64,000 bases of DNA from Capsulimonadaceae bacterium. Its GTDB lineage: Bacteria > Armatimonadota > Armatimonadia > Armatimonadales > Capsulimonadaceae. Each line of letters begins with the position of its first letter. The stretch's first letter is position 1. Location: the NCBI GenBank assembly GCA_965215505.1, contig OZ244065.1, forward strand, positions 3,904,001-3,968,000, read 5' to 3'. Made by a program: the position numbers and the translations under genes. Shown here piece after piece: positions 29,401 through 36,177 of this stretch. A model generated the notes under the pieces. It saw only the letters and a program-made list of their open reading frames with translations. It was not told where the DNA came from and made no database searches.

Positions 29401-29615
29401 GGGACGGCGAGGGCTACCCGTTCGGCCTGCGCGGCGCGGAGATCCCCCTGACCGCCCGCCTGATGGCCGTCGCCGACGCCTACAGCGCGATGACGACCGA
29501 CCGCCCCTACCGCAAGGGCATGGACCCGGCCCGCGCGCGGCGCATCCTGGCCGAAGGCGCGGGGACGCAGTGGGACCCCGCCTGCGTCGCCGCGTTCCTG
29601 GGCGAAGGCGTCTGA
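26445..29615 (+). CDS. GAF-multi-PAS-GGDEF-HD-GYP protein
   Basis: N-terminal GAF (RFYAGAPL), four PAS/PAC-like repeats ending DVTE/DITE, GGDEF, LHDVGK...HHERWDGEGYP. Confidence 0.93.
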   Translation: MKTVLCPPAPANQPPFPANEEERLAALRRCALLDTPPEAAFDRPASLAARLFGVPLALVTLLDRDRLWLKSCQGQGRDSVGFREVSRDLSFCAHTVFAGEPLVFEDTRLDPRTAHNPFVTGERGVRFYAGAPLLDGEGHALGALCLLDFEPRLFPAEQRAALADLAAGVVSEIELRRASSALAESERLGRQMFEDSPQPMWVFDDKTLRFLAVNGAAVACYGYTRAEFLAMTLADIRQPEDVPALFEAEPALRPGDKLLRRHRKKDGALIWAEVAAHAVDYEGRAARMVVASDVTERVQAEDALRRSLTMMKAQQEAAPDGILVVDEHRRVISYNQRLCEMWGIPDVVRRAARYDGLLGHILSLVERPEEYAQRVRCLYEHPSERSHEEIELKDGRAFDRYSGPMVSEGGEYYGRVWFFRDITERRVMEQGLRRSERKRALHIRHTPLAAIEWGLDFEVTAWNPAAERIFGYTQDEAHGRRGPDLILPDAEQAAIEAVRVALLSGTGGARSTNLNRTKDGRTILCEWYNTPLVDDDGRVIGVAALAQDVTESRRAEAQLRESRQRYKSLVDYHPHTVCSIDTQGRFLTVNAAFEQLTGYAASEVCGRPFAPVVAPECLEQSRRHYALTLQGHPQRHELTLLHKTGRRVGACLTTVPIVVEGAVTGIYAVVEDVTERLALEAEREALLSQTEALLADALERADHDPLTGLMNHRAFHKRLEEQDEAAGREGRPLSLLLLDLCDFKFFNDAYGHLAGDDVLRRVAAALRSACRPGDTLARFGGDEFALLMPGASQPEAARAADALRAAVARVGYRPPGHDAAIPLSLSVGAASAPGDGAGRGALLGAADARLRVAQSGGDDEGQAMRLRRGLTRSVEGFSMLDALVAAVDNKDRYTRRHSEDVMEYSARIARALGMGASAQHAVQVAALLHDVGKIGVPDEILRKPGRLTDEEFAAVRQHPMMGAVIVGAVPGFEEALDAVRHHHERWDGEGYPFGLRGAEIPLTARLMAVADAYSAMTTDRPYRKGMDPARARRILAEGAGTQWDPACVAAFLGEGV

Positions 29616-29692
29616 CCCCCGCCGTGGCCTGACGGCCGCCGTGGGGCGAGGCTAGGGCAGCCGTAAGCGCGCGTCCCGGCGCGCGATGCACC

Positions 29693-30272
29693 CGACCCGC
29701 AACGAACCCGGCCATGCCCGCAACGAACCCGGCCATGAATGGCCGGTCTATTCCCGGCTTCGCCGGTGGGCCGCCCCTTCGGGGCTACGGACGATGCCAC
29801 CGAATGATGTGATGGTGTAGGGGCGCCGCTTGCCGCGCCCTCCTGCCTTCCCCGCCCTCCTGCTTTCCCCGCCCTTCTTCTCCCAAAGCGCGGCAGGACA
29901 AGAGGGCGCGGCAAGCGGCGCCCCTACGCCCGGAGGATGCCGCCCCGGATGCCGCCCCGGATGCCGCCCCGGATGCCGCCCCGGATGCCGCCCCGGATGC
30001 CGCCCCGGATGCCGCCCCGGATGCCGCCCCGGATGCCGCCCCGGATGCCGCCCCGGATGCCGCCCCGGATGCCGTGCCCCTACACCGCCCCTGTAGGGGT
30101 CGGGTTCCCCGACCCTCGTTCCCCTCCTTTCCTTTCGGCTTTGTCCCTCCGAAGCCCCGATCCGAAGCCCCGAAGCGGGCGGCCCACCGGCGAAGCCGGG
30201 GATAGACCGACGGTTTAACGCCGGGACAATGGGCCGGGACGCAGCCGCATAGACCAACGGTTCAACGCCGGG
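29693..30272. repeat. Composite REP/palindrome cluster
   Basis: ccggccatgaatggccggtcta (29729); REP doublet 29817-29927; gtaggggtcgggttccccgaccct (30093); inverted pair cccggcttcgccggtgggccgcc / ggcggcccaccggcgaagccggg; two atagacc.acggtt.aacgccggg copies. Confidence 0.75.
29935..30074. repeat. VNTR: 12-bp unit ggatgccgcccc x11 plus a partial unit
   Basis: Perfect tandem units with no spacers. Confidence 0.95.
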
Positions 30273-30492
30273 CTGACTTTTTCACGAAATGCTTGACAAA
30301 CGATGGGGGCTTCCGCTACACTGTAGCATAGCAGAAATACCAAAGTGTCTGCCGCGCGTTGCAAAGGAGAACCATCCGATGACACGCACCGCGACAGGCA
30401 CGAACATTCGCCCCTGCCCCATTTCCGGCCCCGTCCGCCTTGCCGGTCTTTACTAAGTAAAGACCGGCGCGCTCCGATCCTGGCTGACCCTG

Positions 30493-32487
30493 ATGAGCCT
30501 CACCCTTTTTACCCTCGGCCTGCTCTGCGCCCGCTCCGCTCAGGCACAAGACGATTGGAACGTCACCGACAAAGACGGCAGCACCCTCCAAGTCTCCGGT
30601 GCCGGCTACCCCCTCACCGGCACCGCCACTGGCAAGGCCAAAAACACCTACCCCGCAGATATGACCTTCGTCGCCAAACTCGCGCCCTACTACGACTTGG
30701 AATACGGGTGGGTAGACAACAGCCAGTGGCTCCAGGCTGCCTCCGGCGGCCCCCACTCCTACGACCCCAACCCGCTCGGCGTCCCTTACCTTTACAACGA
30801 CGGGACCACCGGCCCGCCCTCGACCCTCATCGCGCTGAACGCCACCGCCCACAACTACGCCTTCAACAACAGCTACTATGGGTCCTTCAACCCCGAAGAC
30901 TACCCCTTTTACACATACCAGACGTACAAGGATGTGAGTGACTGTGAGCCGATCATCGGCAACGTGACCGGCAGGGCCAAAGGGACGCTGTGGGCGAACT
31001 GGAACTGGACGGGGTCCGGGGCGGCCCCGGACCACCTAGACATCTTGCTGACCACGAACGTGCAGGCGTCGAAGTCCTACGAGAACGGCTCGGAGGAGAC
31101 GGACCTGATCGCGACGGCGACAGCCTCGGACGGGGACCCGTTCAACGAGACGGCGAGTTCCGATGGCCCAGGAGGTAGGGAGCAGGCGGGTGGCCGCCAC
31201 CTGCTGCGTGTTCCAGTGTCAGGCGGGGTGGCGGCGGTGTCTTTGAACGGCAACGTGAGCGCCTCGGCGACCAACAACCTCCAGTACGGGGGGTTCAGCT
31301 ATCCCTACTATCAGATCTACGGCGGGCGTAACCCGACCGGTGCCCGCAGCTACGCCTCGGTTTCGGCTACCGCTATGGTAGACAGCCGGGACGTGACGAT
31401 TACCTCAGACATCGATCCAACCTATAAAAAAGGCAGAGTGGCGGATCGGGTAGGACATCCTGTTCAAGACCAGTGGGGCAATGACCTCTACGAGCCTGTC
31501 CAGAACAAGCTCGACGCGGATGGCACAGGGCATGGGGATGTGGGTCTGGCGGCTTCACCGCAGAGCGTAATGGTGCCAACGCCCTCCGACTCCTACCTGT
31601 ATGTTACCTACAAGGGCAACTATTCCGGTAGCTGGCACGTTTCCGGCCTCATGGAATGGTGGTATTCTGCCTTGACGGGTTCTTCAGCCGTTGGCACCCT
31701 CATTAACTCCTTCGACGAATCAGGCTTCGTCGTATCCTATGTTAGACCAAGCGATCCGCAAGTAATCGGCTATGACCCGTATGACGGGACCCCCCTCTAC
31801 TCCCAGGCGGTGCCGGGCAAAACCGGCACGGACCATGTTCACCTTACCTGTGAAGATGCTGCCCCCTATTCGGACTCTGGCGGTGATGGCGCTTTCGCGA
31901 CAGCCAACTATTACATGAACATGCATGACACGGAAGAAAATCCCTTCAAGTTCCGTGCTGATGAATACTATTGGCAGGATCTGCAACTGAATACGCCGGT
32001 TCCTACAGCTAATTTCAATCTCAATCCGACCGTCACCGTCTCAGCAAAAGATAATCCTGCCACCACTGGCGGGGCGCTGGGAATCAGCAGCTTATGGACG
32101 GTCGGCTTTAACGCAATGCCGGGATGGCTGCAAGGTATCTTAAAGGTTGCCGGCATTTCGGACGACAGCCTCAAGCCTGAGACGCTAACTTGGAGCGTCG
32201 GATTCAATGATGTATGGGACAACTCCAGCATAGATGGCGCGACGTGGCAAGGTGGCGTAAAACCGGCAGACAGCCAAAAGGCGTTTTGGCAAATGACGCC
32301 GCGTGTGCAGCGGTACTACATCCGCACTTGGACACGCTCGGATCATTATGTCATGCCTGGCGATGACTCCGGCTACACTGGTTTTGCAGGACAGGACCCT
32401 CAGCACTTCGAATCCAGATGCAACCAATCAGGCTCAGTGGGATTGCGCGGGTCTGGTGATTTCTCTCTGAACCCTCCCACTTCTTGA
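30493..32487 (+). CDS. Secreted hypothetical protein (664 aa), 5' end ambiguous
   Basis: Signal-peptide-like ...ARSAQA; Tyr/Trp/Gly/Thr-rich; an in-frame upstream RBS+ATG at 30379 is cut off by TAA 30454. Confidence 0.75.
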   Translation: MSLTLFTLGLLCARSAQAQDDWNVTDKDGSTLQVSGAGYPLTGTATGKAKNTYPADMTFVAKLAPYYDLEYGWVDNSQWLQAASGGPHSYDPNPLGVPYLYNDGTTGPPSTLIALNATAHNYAFNNSYYGSFNPEDYPFYTYQTYKDVSDCEPIIGNVTGRAKGTLWANWNWTGSGAAPDHLDILLTTNVQASKSYENGSEETDLIATATASDGDPFNETASSDGPGGREQAGGRHLLRVPVSGGVAAVSLNGNVSASATNNLQYGGFSYPYYQIYGGRNPTGARSYASVSATAMVDSRDVTITSDIDPTYKKGRVADRVGHPVQDQWGNDLYEPVQNKLDADGTGHGDVGLAASPQSVMVPTPSDSYLYVTYKGNYSGSWHVSGLMEWWYSALTGSSAVGTLINSFDESGFVVSYVRPSDPQVIGYDPYDGTPLYSQAVPGKTGTDHVHLTCEDAAPYSDSGGDGAFATANYYMNMHDTEENPFKFRADEYYWQDLQLNTPVPTANFNLNPTVTVSAKDNPATTGGALGISSLWTVGFNAMPGWLQGILKVAGISDDSLKPETLTWSVGFNDVWDNSSIDGATWQGGVKPADSQKAFWQMTPRVQRYYIRTWTRSDHYVMPGDDSGYTGFAGQDPQHFESRCNQSGSVGLRGSGDFSLNPPTS

Positions 32488-32509
32488 CTTCTACCGGAGG
32501 AGGCCTTGG

Positions 32510-33331
32510 ATGCGAACACCGGCCATCAGTCTTATTCTTCTGGCGTTCGTGGCTGGCTGTGGATTACATCATGCCTCCTCCCAGCAGTTTGTTCCGCGTC
32601 CTGTCTCACAGCCGGAAATAGAGGCCCGTCAGAACTTTGCTTGGTCAAGACTTCCGATCAACGGCGATGATACGCCTTACGCTCAGATCGCGTTACACAT
32701 TGACCAGGCGATCCGGTCTGGGGTTTCCCCGCAATCACTCCGCAGTCAATACGGCCTCCAGGCACAGCGACAGTCCGATAGCCCGCAAGCACAGTTTGCC
32801 TGGGCTTATGCTTCCTGGAAAGCTCTGCCTGCGGATTTTACCCTATCCGATAAAGCGGACATACTGGAAGGTGTTCCAGAAGCATTAGCCCATGCCACGT
32901 TTCCACGCGCATACCACTTCGCCCGCATCCGCTTCCTAGTAGAAGGCTCTGACTCGCGGATGTGGCCGCTCGGGGAGACGTTGTTGGCACATGATCCCAA
33001 TGACAAGGAGGTCAAGACAAATCTGATTAACTGCTACGGTGCTTTTTTGCTAGCTTCCAAACCGAGCGATGCCACTGTGCCGAAGATCAAGCAAAAGGCG
33101 CTTTCTTACGCGCAGGATATGCTGCGGTCTGACCCTCAAAAACCGAGATACCACGCCACTATTGGATGGGTTTACTTGATGTCATGGGCGGAAAAAAGCA
33201 ACCAGAACGACGGCCGGAACGCCATCAAGTACTTCCAAGAGTATCTGCGCCTCGCGCCTGCTAATGACAGTTGGCGCAGGCAGGCAGAGTCCTTCATCAA
33301 AATGATCCAGAGCCAGCAACAGTCAAAGTAA
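32510..33331 (+). CDS. Putative lipoprotein with TPR-like helical repeats
   Basis: GGAGG RBS; lipobox VAGC; C-terminal AIKYFQEYLRLAP. Confidence 0.75.
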   Translation: MRTPAISLILLAFVAGCGLHHASSQQFVPRPVSQPEIEARQNFAWSRLPINGDDTPYAQIALHIDQAIRSGVSPQSLRSQYGLQAQRQSDSPQAQFAWAYASWKALPADFTLSDKADILEGVPEALAHATFPRAYHFARIRFLVEGSDSRMWPLGETLLAHDPNDKEVKTNLINCYGAFLLASKPSDATVPKIKQKALSYAQDMLRSDPQKPRYHATIGWVYLMSWAEKSNQNDGRNAIKYFQEYLRLAPANDSWRRQAESFIKMIQSQQQSK

Positions 33332-33625
33332 GATTGGGTGCGAAACTGTACTTGTTACCAAACATGACGCCTCGTTTCAAGTTCAGCCAGCCGTTTGAGG
33401 AGCGACTAGCAAGGTACTGACCATCTTCAATTAAGGACAGGCACAAGCTGTCTGCCTTCTCCATTGCGCCTTCTCTGGGATGGCACTGCCGCCCTTGACC
33501 GAGTTTTCTGCTCCCTTCTGCCTATCTTAGTAGGACTGAGACTTTCCGCCGCCTTTGACGTGGGAGAAGCAGGCCCCCTATGTTTGGGGCCTGCGCTTCG
33601 TTAAAGAGGGAAACACTACAGCACG

Positions 33626-34609
33626 ATGAAGAATACGTCGGACCTCAAAATGCCTTCGGCGTCTTCACCTACCTTGGGCCTGGATCGTGAGGGGGCCAAC
33701 GATGATGAGGGCCGATCCGGTGAGAATCAACAAAAAAAGGCACTCGCGTTTGCGGCGGCAGTGGCTATGATCGTCACCTATTCCGCCGCAACGCAGCGGG
33801 CTTGGCTGACGGCGCTCGTGCCCATGGCGGCGGAAGCCGCCATCGACCCACTCGCTGCCGCGCGATACCAGGAATATGCGCCCAGTGACCCCGTAGGGGA
33901 GAAAACCATCGCTGAGAACGCATCCTCCTGGCGGCATGAGACATGGGGCGGCGACGACGGCCCTTATCAGAAAGCGCGCCGGGAGATTGATGCTGCTGTC
34001 GCTGCCGGCACATCCCCCATGCATCTTGCGCGCCAGTATGAAGCGCAAGCGGACCAGAACCCGAAGGCCCCTTTAGATCAATTCCGCTGGGGCTATGCCC
34101 TGTGGAGAACATTCACGCCGACTTCCACATCGGCTGAAAAGGGGACGAATAAACCAGGCGCTTTCTATTCACTGGCAAAGATCGAATCACCTAACACCTA
34201 CAACTACGCCCGCTTAAGGTATCTGCTCTCGTATCAGAGCGGCGACCTGACGGCGCTAGGTGAAAGGTTGATACAGCGGGATAACCAGGATGTGCAGGTC
34301 AAAGCCCATCTCGCTCTGGATTACACAACGCCTGGCTCGAAGCCGTACACCTTGGAGGTCAAACGCAGGGGCATCCAACTCTCGGAGGAGTTGATCCAGT
34401 CTGACCCAAAGTACCCTCAATATCACGCCATTCTCGCAGAAGAATACATAACGAGTTACTATGTAAATGGTCATCATCGCCAGGACGCTGCGGCTGCGGT
34501 CGTGGCGCTGAAGGAATACCTGACCCTGGCAAAGCCCAACGAGTTCTTCTATGAAGCGGCGAAAACCCGTGTCGCCACTTTGGAGCAGGAGTTAAATGGG
34601 GGTAAATAG
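33626..34609 (+). CDS. TPR-like protein, paralogue of 32510..33331
   Basis: Shared GDD.PY...ID.A...G.SP..L..QY..QA...P..QF.W.YA.W and EYL.LA motifs; start uncertain. Confidence 0.75.
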   Translation: MKNTSDLKMPSASSPTLGLDREGANDDEGRSGENQQKKALAFAAAVAMIVTYSAATQRAWLTALVPMAAEAAIDPLAAARYQEYAPSDPVGEKTIAENASSWRHETWGGDDGPYQKARREIDAAVAAGTSPMHLARQYEAQADQNPKAPLDQFRWGYALWRTFTPTSTSAEKGTNKPGAFYSLAKIESPNTYNYARLRYLLSYQSGDLTALGERLIQRDNQDVQVKAHLALDYTTPGSKPYTLEVKRRGIQLSEELIQSDPKYPQYHAILAEEYITSYYVNGHHRQDAAAAVVALKEYLTLAKPNEFFYEAAKTRVATLEQELNGGK

Positions 34610-34661
34610 GGCAGTCAATCTGGATGCCGACCAAATTGGAACTCGCGCCGCCCGTCCCCCA

Positions 34662-34687
34662 TGAAACTTTCCGCCGCCTTTGACGTA
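34662..34687 (+). promoter_or_regulatory. ECF-type promoter TGAAAC-N16-CGTA
   Basis: Same motif and spacing at 40053 before the paralogous gene. Confidence 0.65.
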
Positions 34688-34753
34688 TGAGAAGCAGCGC
34701 CCCATGCCTGGACCTGATTTTGGGGCCTGCGCTCTCGTCGAAAGGAACTGCGG

Positions 34754-36106
34754 TTGAAGTCTTTCCTGAAGTCTTTTCACTCCTACGCCCGGCTGATCCC
34801 GACCCTCGCCCTGGTCGGCCTGGCGGCCTGCGCCTTTGCCACCGGCGGGGCGAAGCCCGCACCGAAGGCATACCCGAAGGCCAGTGCGGTAGCACCGAGG
34901 GCGGTCACTTACGCCCACGACATCGCGCCGATTCTGTACCAGAACTGCACCACCTGTCACCGGGCGGGCGAGGTCGCGCCGTTCACCCTGTCCTCCTACG
35001 CGGACGCCAAAAAGCGCGCCCGGCAGATCGCGCTCGTCACCGACCAGCGCGTGATGCCGCCGTGGAAGGCCGACTCGCACGGGGAGTTCCAGGACGAGCG
35101 GCGGCTGACGGCCGCGCAGATCGCGCTGGTGAAGCGCTGGGTGGATGCGGGTGCCCCGGAAGGGAGCAAGGCGCAGGAGCCGCCCGCGCCGCAGTTCGCG
35201 GCGGGCTGGGCGCTGGGCAAGCCGGACCTGCTGGTCGCGCCCTCCGCGCCCTACACCGCGCCCGCCGAGGGGCGGGACGTCTACCGCTGCTACGTCATCC
35301 CCACCGACTTCGCCGAGGACCGCTACGTCTCCACCATCGATGTCCGCCCCGGCAACCGCGCCGTGGTGCATCACGCCATCGCCTATGTGGACACGGGCGG
35401 GGCCGCGCGCCGGTTGGCCGCGAAGTCGAGCGACGGCGGCCCCGGCTACCGGGAGTACGGCGGCATCGGCTTCCTGCCCGCCGGGATGCTCGGCGGCTGG
35501 GCGCCCGGCGCGATGCCCCACCCGCTGCCCGCCGACACGGGGATCGTCCTGCCGAAAGGCGCGGACATCGTGCTGGAGGTGCATTACCACCCGGACGGCA
35601 AGCCCGAAACCGATCTGACGCAGGTGGCGCTCTACTTCAACAAGGGGACCGTCGCGCGGCCTATGCACCTCTTCCCGCTCGCCAACCCGCGCCTGCACAT
35701 CCCCGCCGGCGACAAAGATTATGAGGTTCGGGCCTCGCTTCCCGTGGTCTTTGACGCCACCCTGCTGACGGTTTTCCCGCACATGCACGTCCTGGGGCGG
35801 CGGATGACCGTCACGGCGACCCTGCCCGACGGCACGACCAGATCACTTGTGGACGTGCCCGACTGGGACTTCAACTGGCAGGGGTTCTACGCCTACAAGC
35901 AGCCGGTCCGCCTGCCCGCCGGGTCGCACATTGATCTGGTCGCGCACTATGACAACTCGCCCGGCAACCCGCGCAACCCGAGCAGTCCGCCCAAGGACGT
36001 CACCTGGGGCGAGCAGACGACCGACGAGATGTGCCTGTGCTACCTCGGCTTCACGATCGACGCCGAACACGCCCCCAGGCAGGGGAAAACCGCCAGTTCG
36101 CGGTGA
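34754..36106 (+). CDS. Secreted cytochrome c / copper type II monooxygenase-like protein (paralogue 1)
   Basis: Signal peptide; CTTCH; VVHH, HYH, PHMH, WDFNWQ, DEMC; TTG start. Confidence 0.85.
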   Translation: MKSFLKSFHSYARLIPTLALVGLAACAFATGGAKPAPKAYPKASAVAPRAVTYAHDIAPILYQNCTTCHRAGEVAPFTLSSYADAKKRARQIALVTDQRVMPPWKADSHGEFQDERRLTAAQIALVKRWVDAGAPEGSKAQEPPAPQFAAGWALGKPDLLVAPSAPYTAPAEGRDVYRCYVIPTDFAEDRYVSTIDVRPGNRAVVHHAIAYVDTGGAARRLAAKSSDGGPGYREYGGIGFLPAGMLGGWAPGAMPHPLPADTGIVLPKGADIVLEVHYHPDGKPETDLTQVALYFNKGTVARPMHLFPLANPRLHIPAGDKDYEVRASLPVVFDATLLTVFPHMHVLGRRMTVTATLPDGTTRSLVDVPDWDFNWQGFYAYKQPVRLPAGSHIDLVAHYDNSPGNPRNPSSPPKDVTWGEQTTDEMCLCYLGFTIDAEHAPRQGKTASSR

Positions 36107-36177
36107 ACCGTCGCGAAAGCCGTCCGTTCCGGGGTAACATGATGTCATCGTAAATCATCAAGTCCGATGGAGTGACA

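Noticed and set aside
3-29615. A Hypr (cGAMP-forming) GGDEF enzyme in this window
   Set aside because: All three GGDEF domains keep the canonical Asp (GHQTGD, GHQKGD, GHLAGD) rather than the Ser associated with Hypr enzymes
29935-30074. 12-bp array as a CRISPR or as MPPR/PGRH/PGCR repeat proteins
   Set aside because: No unique spacers and no cas genes; the ORFs are stop-free by-products of a GC-rich VNTR without RBS
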